Part shown: piece by piece, positions 37,138-49,600 of the stretch
Position numbering within the stretch: position 1 is the stretch's first letter
Layout of the letters: every line of letters starts with the position of its first letter
Source: Magallana gigas
Taxonomy: Eukaryota
Reading direction: 5' to 3'
Assembly: GCF_963853765.1 (NCBI RefSeq)
Contig: NC_088858.1
Location: forward strand, 50,778,001 to 50,842,000
Length of the DNA stretch: 64,000 nt
The notes under the pieces: model-generated
Told to the model about the DNA's origin: nothing
What the model saw: the letters and a program-made list of their open reading frames with translations, nothing else
The model's database searches: none
Made by a program: the position numbers and the translations under genes

Positions 37138-38676
37138 TTAAACGCAGATTCCTTGCTTGTTGCACTTTTGCGATTTATCACAGCACGTGTATGAAGCTTT
37201 GTGTTTGTATGCACAGCAGTCCTCCCCCGGGGGACACGGTCGCGAGGAACAAGTCATCGGTTTCGGCGGTGGAATACGTGGGTCATAGTTACAGAAAACC
37301 CCTGAACATTTGGTGCCAGGTAAAATACTAGCAACAAACAGATCTAAAACTGACGTCTGCTGCATCGGCGCACCATAGTCAAACGGACCGTTCCAGTTCG
37401 ACGAAAACACGGGTCCCGTCACCTTAAAAGACGGAGGACCATCTTTAAACACAATGTAACATTTTGAAATTGGAACCTCGTTGCACATATTTTGTTTAAG
37501 ATTTGCCTGAATTTGGAATTCCATCCAATTCTGGTATTTCTTACGTAAGGTTGCGTTATTCACAGTATCCATGAAATATCGCAGGTTTCTGACGAATATT
37601 CCTTTGAACATCTTCGCATCGTCATCGCAGTCTGGGTCGCAGTTCTTCTCCGTAAAGACCCCAGTCGTATTGCTGTTGTAGTCAATGACGGCAGAGGCTA
37701 AGTTCTCAGCGAGACCGAGATAGGACTCGTTCTTCGTTAATCTATACATTTCAGAGAGCGCACCTATCAACACTCCAGTCTCATATGTAAAACCAACAGT
37801 ATTTGAGGGCTTGCATGTGTCTAGATCTATTCCATCACTCATTAGATAGGTAGAACTGTTTATGAAGTTGTTTGCAAAAAGGAAATTTTCTATCATTTCG
37901 GATTTGTTTCGGTACTCAGTGTTGTTTGTCAAACGGTAAAGTTTTGCAGCTACATGGAACATTTGCACGTTGGTGATTGCCACTTTGGCATTGACATTGT
38001 TATCAAACCACATCCCGCCTTCACATTTATTAGATGAATCCCAACCCGTCTTCCAGCACCAGTCGAAGATGTCTTGGGCTGTCTGTAGAAACTCTTGGAA
38101 GCCGAACAGCTCGTATATCCTCGCGTAGCTAAGACCGTACCATCCCATGTCATCAAAGGAAGGGTAGGGACCGTAGGCCTCCATCAGCGAGTATAGATCT
38201 CTGTGTGACCCTTTCACTACACTCATATATCTCTGGTGCTTTGCAAATTCTATGAAGTTTGCCATGGTCTCAAGAACAGCTCCATTTTGCCAAAACCCAT
38301 CATATCCATTCCATACCTGAAGAGCATGTTTAATATCACTAACTTATACGAACTCCATTTATACACTTCTTTGAGCATAATCTACTTAATTGGAAAAAAT
38401 TACAATAACCATTTACTTGTATTTAATTGAAAATTATAAGAATAAGTACGATTATATTTCCATCTTGCTTACGTATACCTGATAACTGTATAGTCCGGCT
38501 AGCGGAGAGGGGAACCAGTTACACTGGTGGGCAAACTGGGCGATACAGGCCAGGTAGGCTCCGTGGTCGCCCCCAAACATCGCCACGGAACACGTGGTGT
38601 TCTCGTCGCCGACCACGGGACCGATGAAGCAAATAACGACAACGGCGAGGAAAACGACGGGATTCAGCGACGCCAT
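37138..38676 (-). CDS. Secreted glycoside hydrolase family 76 (alpha-1,6-mannanase-like) with C-terminal Cys-rich module (~458-460 aa)
   Basis: Exon 38676-38479 (or -38473; both donors phase 0) holds the signal peptide; exon 38316-37138 follows acceptor ttcag|. GH76-type motifs GFWQNG, SFDDMGW (catalytic DD), GGMWF, AITN, TYETGVLIGAL, MFKGIFVRNL. Probable 5' UTR intron 38686-38777. Confidence 0.85.
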
Positions 38677-41400
38677 TGTACACAGCTGTTACAATTATAA
38701 TTGAATAATACCCTATGTATATCAATTCAGGTGTCAGGTTATCATATTGTTACTGATAATTGAAATGATATCTTTACCTCGTCCCCGATATAATTCAGTG
38801 TGCAGGTATTTGTCTAAAGAGTGAAGGTCGTACACAGGTCAAATTGAAGAATATGGTCCATGTATATCTGTACCAAACATTGCACATGTAGCTCATTACT
38901 AGTGATTTGCAGTATAAATACATTTGTTGCAAATCTGAATAATCGATTGTTTCTTCAAGCATTAGGAATACTTTATATCATTGTGTGATTTATGTAGAAA
39001 GGAAAACATTTTCTTTAAAAAACACAAATGAAATCATGTTATTCGGTTATTAGTGTTTTTTTTCATAATTTGAATGTTTCAATTCATGAGATAATTATTT
39101 CATATTCAGTTAACAAATACAGGTCAACGATAAATATACGAGAATCATAATCAGTTAATATTTACGATTGCCTGCGGTGTACAATGTTGTTCAGAAAACA
39201 TTGGTAGCAGTTTAAATACATGTAAGAAAACGCCTTTTTTCTCTAAAAACCTACATAACATGAGTATGACGAAAATCCTGTAGCTCATGAGCAAATGAAC
39301 AGTGTTGCAGAAATGCATTTTAGTGGGATTTTTTTTAATTTAGATTAAACCGAATCTGGTACTGTCTATTAGCAGACTTTCGGATCAATAACAGTTTGTA
39401 TGAAATAAAACACGTGTCGTATACACTTTTCTGGAAATATTTTTGCATTGCCGTTAGGGTCATGATTTTTTTATCTACAGTTTAGAGTTTTGCATGCGAT
39501 ATTGATACCCGACTCGTTTGCTAAAATGAATTGATAAGCAGGCTTTGGTCGACCGTTATTTAACATTCAAACGAGTAAAGATTGAAGATGTTGATGATTT
39601 TCGCCCAATCTTTTTATCGACATAGCACCTTCCATTAAAATACATGGAACTCATCATCTGATTTTTGGAAAATTACTAGTTTTACACAAAAATGCCCAGC
39701 ATCTCAAAATTTCTTCAAATTAATGAGTTTATAGAGTCAAACCAGCAACCATAACTTAATCATTATCAAGATACGATGAAACAGTGTATGCCTAGAAATG
39801 AAATATTCTAACAATATACAATCTTTCATGCAAGAGTAATTATAGAAACCTTACAACCTTACAACTAGTTCCACTACTTATATAGTAAGTATATTCTTTA
39901 GGGACAGGAATGATAAGTAAAACCCGCGCGCGTGTGCACTAAAGTGACCCCATAGGGATCGAGCGTCTCGCCCTGACAAACACCGGCTGGGACGACCAGC
40001 TTAATAACAAAATGCAAATACGACGAACAATGTGATGAAGGTAACAGGAATCAATAGAATCAAGATATTATTTTCTACGATAAAGAATCGACGAAAACTG
40101 TGGTATCTCTCAATAAAGGATTTTTTTATAAGAAGTAAATTACCCTGATTAGATATCACATTTCCGTAAAACAGGACAGATTAGTTGCTTCAACAAATTA
40201 CTGTCAAAATTAAGCATACACATGTATTGCATAATACATGATTGTAGATCTGATCTTGATACTTGTGATGATATGATGCCATAATCAACGATTTATCATC
40301 TAACCGAAGGTAAAAAGTTTGTTTTTAAATACTTTGTATTTCTTTTATGTCAGTTAAAATCAAAGTCGATTGCTTGATACGTTTGTTCTTGCAATTTGTA
40401 ATAGAAAATTCTTAATTAATAATTAATAATTAATAAATTAAGAATTAATAAACGGTTGGGGGGGGGGGTAACACTTTACAAAAAAAATAAAAATAGGAAG
40501 TAGTCCCTGAGAGCTACAAATAAAAGAACACTGTATACTTTAAAAGTTTTTTAAGCCAAATTCTTTAGATTTTTACACGATTAATCGCCATAAGTTAGAT
40601 GAAGTCCCAATATGGTGGTTTTGGTATAGTTGAGTTACCTTTTAGCCGCTGTACTTGTAATTAATCTCCTCTGGAGCCCCTGTCACCAGTCACGGGGGTC
40701 AGTTTACATAATCAGGCTTAGAGACCTTCTAAGATGAAGAGACTTTATCTTGACAAAGGGTTAACATAGAGTCTAGATGTCGAAACTAAAGTAAATATTG
40801 CCGCACCTCCAAAAAGGTTTTTGGCCATTATCAGTATAACCTTAATCGACCCTGCCCTGGTGATGAGGCTCAGGCACTCTGTTAGTGCCACCGGTGGCTT
40901 GATCCAGGACTTAAATCGCAAAATAAATATTTCTATAGCACACTATAAAGTCGTTAACGATTAAGTCATTCAATTTCAAGGCGATTGTAGTAGCGCAGAT
41001 CTATGGAAGTTGTTTTTAAAATGTAGTGTGTATTCCATCTAATCTCTATACGATTAACATAATTATTTCTTGGTTTTGCTGAATTCTCTTATACCCTATA
41101 ATCAGCAGTGAGAAGGAATTAAAGAATCTCATTCAGGTCTAAATTGGAGTAAACAAACGTGAAGATAGCTAATAATTCTTCTTAAATCCCTAATGATACC
41201 ACCGGATTCAAGGTGAGATATAGGAACTGGTTGTTCTTTGGTGAGTTATGCAAGACCTTCACAGCTATCCCGAGAACGAAACACAATTAAATCACATAAT
41301 TACACCAGGCACGGAGAGACGGACGCAGGGTAATAGCGGATTCCTCCCCAACAGGGAGAATCTTGTACTCTCGGTGTACGGAATAACTTTCGCTTTGTAA

Positions 41401-41495
41401 TGTCCTTCCACAAATTCATTTAAAAATTAAATTTGTTGTTATGACTATTAGTCATAACAACAAATTTAATTTTTAAATGAATTTGTGGAAGGACA
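41401..41495. repeat. Perfect 95-bp palindrome (47-bp arms, 1-nt centre)
   Basis: 41401-41447 is the exact reverse complement of 41449-41495. Confidence 0.97.
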
Positions 41496-42114
41496 GATAG
41501 ATTTAACGGAAAAGATTCATTAGAAATTGTATCATTATCTTTATATTTTTAACTTTTCACTACATGAACGAATATGCAATATTTAAAGAATTAGATAACT
41601 TGTTTACTGAATTTTAACAGTTCATTGTCAATTTCTCTTTTATTCATTCAAATGTCAAATGTTCAAACACATGACAGCAATTCCTCTGGACATTGGGTTG
41701 TTTATTTGGTAAATAGTTTTTTTTACAAAATGTAAGAAGGTGTAAATTGAGTAATCCCTAGCATGTTCACTTAATGGACCATCCATTGTATTGTGTGTAA
41801 ATAGTTTACTTATCAGTCTTTGATATCCGGCCTAGTCCGAAATAGGCTTAATCAATTACGTAATCAAGTTTCATTTTTATTGTACTTTTTTTCTTTTTGC
41901 AAATGACCCACGGCTATGTACAGCTGCGCTGAGTTATGTCAATTAAACGGATAAACTGTACGGGTCACGTGATTTATCACTAATAGGTTTTTTCTTAAAA
42001 TGGTAAATTTTCACACTTTTGATATTTCCGATCATCTAATACTGAATTTTGATTGGTCAATGACCTGCAATCCAAGCGCGTGGGGACGTCGCTGGAAATT
42101 TGGCCTAACTCGGT

Positions 42115-43038
42115 CACTTCCATGCGACGCTCCATTCAATAAACTTGTATTCATATTTTATCATCATTTTTCTTATTTGGATTGCAGGTATGTTGCTCTC
42201 TATTTTATTTTCTATTGTTTCAAAGTTCATAAAAGTTTGATTTTAAGAAATTAATAATTTGCTTAAACGTTTATTTTTTAATTTTGGTATTTAAATAAGT
42301 TATGATTTTAAAGGAATAAGTTTCTAAATTTGAGCTTGGTCGTTTATGAAATCATTCATTATTAACCTATCGGCTAGGAGGCAGAATAATTGCTTTTACA
42401 TCCGTCTAAATTTTGCCGTTAACACATGTATTTTTTTTTAGTAAATAGTTTTATTTTTGATAGCCGTAGAATAGACAAGTAAATGAAATACTTTTGTTTG
42501 TTGCATTGATGCGTGGTAAATTAGAATTTGAATTTAGCGCCATTTCTAAGTTAAAGAGACTCTTTAGTAAAAGGAGGTAATTTAAAGTTAGTTCGGGAAA
42601 CAAAATACGGGAATCATGTTTAGATCAAATTGTAAGTTCTCAGTAAATATTGACAGTTAAATTAGATAAAATTATACCATAAAGGCTTTCAAATCATTCA
42701 TCGTTTAAGATCTTTGTAATCGCTTTTGGTTCTAATTCACATACGCGTTGTCAAGTTTTAGTTCGAATTTCCTCGACGTTAAGTCTTTGTTTATATTCTT
42801 TATATTGTTTACATTGGATTTTATTATTTTTCATATTGTTAATTAATAATACAGAGGTTATATTTTTATTACATCTTGTTTATACCTCTGTTACGGTCAC
42901 CAGAGTTTTAAAATATTATACGTAAATGAACTTAAACTTTTGTAACTGGTGACTGTTGTTTATAGCACTTCCATGCGACGCTCCATTCAATAAACTTGTA
43001 TTCATATTTTATCATCATTTTTCTTATTTGGATTGCAG
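42115..43038 (+). repeat. Exact 73-bp direct repeat (42115-42187 and 42966-43038)
   Basis: Identical copies. Copy 1 is followed by donor gtatgt; copy 2 is preceded by acceptor-like ttgtttatag and followed by ccacgac. Confidence 0.97.
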
Positions 43039-43661
43039 CCACGACAGATTGTGTTCAACATATAACAACGTCAGTAGAGCTGACACCAATAAGAAATTAC
43101 GTCAGCGAGTTAAATTTAGTTCATCACAGCAAGCGAGTGTTCAAATTAAAGTTAAATTTCCCCAAATTTATAGTGAATTCAGATCACGTTATTAAGGACA
43201 AAAAGCAAGACGTGACAGTAACCCTATCAGAATTCAGCTAGATTATCGTTAAACGATGTCATTCTGCCAGTTTCAAAGGCTGCTGGGCTGAGCAAAGAGC
43301 ATTTTGTGACTCGTAGAGTGAAGTTATAATTGTGTTTACACACACTCGAGCCGGCAATTATTGTATGGACAGAGTCTCCAGCGCTACATTTTTTCCGTGC
43401 TGGTTTCTTTGTGCCGTGTTTCAACCGATCTCCCTTTTTCAGTTATTAATGTTTATTTTTAACTTTCACTTATCGCCGCAACGGACACTTCTTCGTCCCT
43501 GTCTTCCGGAGGGGGGTTTTGTACCTGTGTTTTTGTGTTTGTCTGGAGAGTGGAACTTTAAACTTTTAAACACCTGCGAAGTGCGCGGCGGGTCCGATTG
43601 TTAATTGGGGAGCTTGATGTTCAATGAGGACGGTGGGTGAGAGCGATATGGTGTTACAATA

Positions 43662-46600
43662 ATGTGGATGGTACTATGTCTCACGTTACTGGTAAGTATT
43701 AGTAAGCTTTACAGTCATCTTATTAAAGGTCAGGGGACCTGTTCGTCCGATTTAAATAAAGTACGTAATACGTATATTTTATTGAAATGATTGCAATCTT
43801 TGGGTTAATGAATGGTTCAAAAAGTAGGTAATTTTAGCGCTTAAATTATTTTTATTGTGGGGTTTGTTTTTCTTCATTCAACTCAGAAGTGCATGTTGTA
43901 TGTGTATTTCTTATAATCTAATACATATAAACCAAGACGTTTTCGCCATACAAATTATTTTGGAATGGCATTTTTATTGTTGTTTTATTTTATCATCAGT
44001 TATGCAAAGAGGACGAGTAATTGTTTGATTAAAGGGCGAAAAAAATCCTACTCTATTACCTCCGAAAATGTAGACCTTGAAATACAGGAAGCAAAAGGAC
44101 GGTTTTTGAAGCAGGTGCCCTGGTACTGGAATTAGGATCGGTGCATCAATGATCCAACCCTCACTTCAATCTAGATCAAATATTTCACCAATCGACCCCA
44201 TTTCATCCACTGAAAATCAAGTTCCTTTTTTTCTTCCTCACTCTATTTACCCGATCGTGTATTGAATCGAGAAGGAAATCTTGGGAATAGTTTAGTTTAG
44301 GTTAAGAAATATTTTATTCATGTGAACAGGAACATGGAACGTGCATTGAGCTGGCGAAAAGGGTCTATCGCGTTTTCTGTCGGAAGCTGTCTTGTACGAA
44401 TGTGCTCACCCACCCCCCCCCCCTTTCCCGGACTGACTAGGCTCTCGGTGCTGATCCGTTATACGATCTCCAGGGTCAGCCCTTTCCCCGTTATAAGACA
44501 TGATGAGGTTTCCAGACCCTGTCTTCCTGTGCCTTCACTGTGTATGTGTCTCGTTGCTAATGTTCTTTATCATGTTTGATGATAAACATGCAGTAAAAAC
44601 TCAAAATACTTGTCCGACATAAAATTGAATTTTGAGCGATAATTAATTGGGCATTTTTTATTATTGTCCTTAATCAACTCTTTCACGCGTGATAACACAT
44701 TTTTTTAAAGAAATAAATTGTATTATTGTGGACTTATTGGGATATATTTTAATATATTTTTGATTTATCTGCATTGGGCGTATGAAAGAAACAATCTCTT
44801 CAACTTTATAACCAGATTATTAATGTACTTTAATACATTTATGTCAAGACCGTTTTCAATAGTCAATTTCCTAAATCACTGAAAAATACTTATCACATAG
44901 AATATTGAACATGTTATTTGAGAAAGAGAGATGTGTTGTTTGTGTAGTACATTGAGATCATTACCGCGCAATACTGCGCCGAACTATCATTAAGTACATA
45001 TAAGTAACGTGAATTCTCTGCTGTGTATATCAGATTTTATTTTGTTTTAAAAATCAATCAAATGCACATTTTCTCCCACTGAATGATATGATTATATCAT
45101 GAAATACAATTGAAGATGCCATTTGCGCAACAAAGAAGAAAAATGAAAAAATCCTGTAAAAAGTTAACAAGACGAATAAGTTACATCTGAAAACGAGCAC
45201 GTGCTGTCACGGTTATTCGAAAGATAGAAATGTAGACCACATTTATTTGAATATCTGAATCATTAGTAATTAAATTGGCGGACATTTAATTTGTTCAGTC
45301 TCCATGTCGAGTTACTTGATTAATAAACCTGTGCCATTTGTTGAAAACATTTAAAGAAGCACTTCATCAACATCAAATTATACAAACCACCATCGGAAAG
45401 CTCTAATCTAATTAAATTAAGCGCCAAAGTAACCTCCCTTCCCTGTTACAGTGTAAACTGGCACTATAGCGGTTTCTTAATCGGTCAATCCGATCGGATT
45501 AAAACGTGTGAAAATACCAGCATATCTGTGGTACTTGAAGTGTTTTGAAGGATGTTACTGAGAACTACTTGAAGATCCTTGAATATCCCTGATATTTTGT
45601 TTATGATACATAACAGTGTACAAATAAAATTCAGATGCTATTTGAGATCCTTGATGTAAATGTCCCCATTATTCAAAAAACAAAAATCAAATTAAATTTT
45701 CTATATACATGTATTGCATAATTTTTTTAAAAAAATCTAAAATTAATGATGTTTCGTTTTGCATTTTTCTTCTGACTTCTTAAGTCCGTAGTTAGTTTCA
45801 AGATTAAATAAAAACACCACGCAATATTTAAACTTTAATTAAACATATATCATTTATTATTTAATAAAAGCTAGTTATTCTCCATGCAAGTAGTAGTTTG
45901 GGTATTTAACAACTAGTACTAGTATCAATTTAAGACGTTTTAGAGAAAATTTCAAACCACAGAGGCCCAAGACGTCTCTTTGATGCACTCTATCAATCGG
46001 GTCACTAAAACATAGATTATTAACCAAGCCATTAAAAATCGAGACTTTAATCTGTTAGATAAGCGTGCAGAGATCGGCGTAGTTCCTGTTATATAAACAC
46101 ATGCGTTACAAGCACAGAGCATGCTGCACTTGATACGTTTTAATGCTCGTTATCCCAGACATCGAACACTCCTTCAAATGACAACAAAGACGGAAAACTG
46201 CTCACGTTATATATCAATAGCTCTTTTATCATTTTTACCTCTTTCGTTATCAAAATGTTATAGATCTGTTATGTATCTGGTTCAGTTCCTCAAAATATGA
46301 TGGAGGATTGCATAAAAGAAATTGAGAAATCAATGATAATGCTATATCTGTATTTTGGCAATAAATTTGTACAAGTTTAGACATTTTGACATGTTTATTA
46401 GTGTAATAATGAATGGGGATGTTTATTTTTATGGGTGGTATTATGCTCTTAAAAAGATATTTAGATTTATTACCACTGAAGTTTTGTAGGTCAATTGGTT
46501 TAAGTTGTGGAAGATCAATAAAATATTAATATAACTACGGTCATGTTTTACAGGTTTGCCCATTTGAAACCACGGCCAATTGGTCCGGATGGAGTGAATG

Positions 46601-49600
46601 GAGTATGTGCAGTAAGTCATGTGACGGTGGATTATCCAATCAAAAGCGGCGATGTTACGGCAATATTAACTGCGCAGGACCGGGCGTTAGATATCGACAT
46701 TGCAATACAAGAGTTAGTATCAAATTCAAGACCCAAATCCTAAATATCATGTCATAAATAATCAAACTATCAAGTACTATTAATTCAGATACAATTTCTT
46801 ATTTGCAGCCATGTAGCGGTTATCTCTTGAACGATAACGCCCGAATCTGCAATGTCCATAACAGCGTAGGCAGCACTAGTGCTGTTCGGGAGTGGAGTCC
46901 GATATCAGAGCAAACATACCCGTGTTTCGTGCTTTGTCATGATCTGTCTGGAAACACTCCGAATGAAATCAGAACAGACAAAGAAGATGGCACCAAGTGT
47001 GGTTCTGCTGAAAATTTCTACTGTATACAGGGGGAATGCAAGGTTTGGTATACAAAATAATTAAGACAGTTAATACAATTTATTTTTTATTATTATAAAT
47101 TTAAAAAATAAAAATTCTACAACGCGTGAAACAAAAGAGGTTTTTTTATTCAAAATGCATTCATTAACATTTTTGACAGCGACTTGGCTGTGACGGAGAG
47201 GTGTGGTCTAACAAGGTGATTGACGGGTGTGGAGTCTGTGGCGGGGATGGCTCAAAGTGCTCGACCAATGCAACGAGGCCCCAGTTCTACTGGCAGCTGG
47301 ACTGGTCGCCATGCTCAGTCACTTGTGGCGTTAGTTTATTTTATATAATTCAGTGGGTGCATTCATTCAATATGACGCATGATCATTATAATATGTAAAC
47401 CTCCTTATATTGAACGGGTGGGAAGGGGGTCATAATTTGACTTTCTGTGCGAATCGAGTAATATATTTTGATATAAAAGTGCATAAAGAATAAATACATG
47501 TACGGAATTGAACTTAATTCCTGTACCTAATAAAGCTGAAATCACATCTACGCAAAATATATCCGTAGGGAATAAGATTTTATTTCTTTACATGTACCCA
47601 ATATCTGGCTTTGAAATTGTAGAAATCATTGCCAATTTTGACATTGGTTGGCTTTGCAGATATGATTTATTATCAATAAGTCAAGGGCATTTTCATATTT
47701 TTTTGAAAAGTAAAACTTGAATAAATAGTCGAGTGTTCTTTTTTAATAGACATTGTCAGAAAATGCCTTTAACTTCAATTATTTCTACACTCTGTGCATT
47801 GTTTGTATAGACAGGTCACCAGGAATCCATCATACACTGCATGAATAACCGAACCAAGAGGAGAACAATGGACTATTTCTGTGACCGCGAGATCAGACCC
47901 AGCGACCTGACCCGGGAGTGCTCCCCCTCCGACTGCCCTCCCCGGTGAGATCTCCCGCCATCAGAGCACCACTCAAATACTACAATGAAGCGTTTTGTGT
48001 ATTTAGTGTTAGAGAGCTAACAATTACAAATGGTTGTGTTTGCTATGTTTAATTACACAAGTAAAAGATTAATGTATGTTCTTTTTGAAGGTGAAATCCA
48101 TCTAATAAATTAATGTATACATTCAGAACCAAGCGAACTTTACTTGAGAACGGTTGTCGGGTACTATAGGTGCCAGTCAGCAAACTTTACGTGTGGTAAA
48201 TACGGATATTCATTTAACACATGTAAGGCAGTTAAGAAAAGTTAACAAAGCTTTAAATGTTCACGTATATCAGGTGGGAAATTTCCTCCTACGGACGATG
48301 TTCCGTGGAATGTGGCGGTGGAATACAGCGCCGGAACATCCGGTGTGTGGTAGGGACCGGAAGAGCGAACCTTATAACAGTGGGATCCTACCAATGTCCT
48401 GATCCTATCCCAATCACCGAAAAGGCTTGTAATCTGAACTTTTGTCCTGCCAGTTGGCAGACTGGTAAATGGAGCCAGGTTTGAACCCATTTGTCACACG
48501 ATCTTATAATATGATAACGTACAATAAATACCTTTTACATAAACAAATTCATTATATAAGAATATATTTGTTTATTCTTATTAACTTTTTAATACTCTGT
48601 GTACTATTTCAGTGTTCAGTAAGCTGTGGAATAGGCACCCAAACCCGCAGTCTGACTTGCGTTAAATTTCCAACTCACGGAATAGAAATCAACGTATCGC
48701 ATTCGGAGTGTTTTGGAGCACGACCCGAGACCACCCGTGCCTGCTCATTGGAAGCTTGTTTTAAGGAGTTTTTTTCCGTGCCTTCCATTGTTGTTGATAA
48801 TTCTACTTTTTTGCAAACTCAGCGCATGAAAAAGGTGTATCTTAATGTCGGCGGCAAAGCCATTTTATTGCCAAAGCAACCGGTGAAAATAAGATGTGTA
48901 GTTAAGAATATGGATAGCAGACTGATATTCTGGACTAAGGACGACCGTCTTATTTCTGTGTCGCCGTACAAGAGAGTCCATGTTACTCCAAAAGGAGTCC
49001 TTAAAATTAAACGAACAGATCCTAATATTGACAAAGGCACGTTTACTTGTATGGCCGGCATTGAAAAAGCCAGCACTTACATAACTTTTCAAACCAAGAA
49101 AAAAGCCGTGAAGGTCGCGAAAAGTATGATGAAGCATGTGTTACAAGAAGTTCCCAGTTTAGATAAACCACAATCGGATAAAATTCCGGGATCGCATGAT
49201 CATCTGCGGCCACTAGGGGGCAACAGTTCCACACTGGCGGAGTATATGGTCAGTGATTGGTCAGCGTGTTCTAGGAGCTGTGGCGCTGGCGTACAGACAC
49301 GGGAAGTGACGTGCGGAGTATTCTCTGACAAGTTCCTCAAAGTTGTTTCTGTAAAACAGTGTGAACGTCAAACGAAACCGGTCAACTTAAAAAAATGTTT
49401 ACTACAGGAATTTTGTCCTCAGTGGGATGTAGACAAATGGGGAGAGGTAAATTTATTTCTGAATTTGAATACTACACATTGCTCAGATGTGAAATATGTC
49501 TTAATGTTTTTATTTTTACTGTTTCGGTCAAATACATTTGTCTTATTTCAGTGTAGCGTAAAAACATGCAAAAAGGTCGGTAAAGCAGTTCAACGCCGCG

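Noticed and set aside
40725-40800. Possible hammerhead ribozyme (gatgaagagact...agtct...cgaaac)
   Set aside because: The CUGANGA core is not intact and the spacing to GAAA is wrong.
44290-44580. GC-rich block with an 85-aa ORF inside the first ADAMTS-like intron
   Set aside because: No domain, no frame-compatible splice sites, and no termini or TSD identified.
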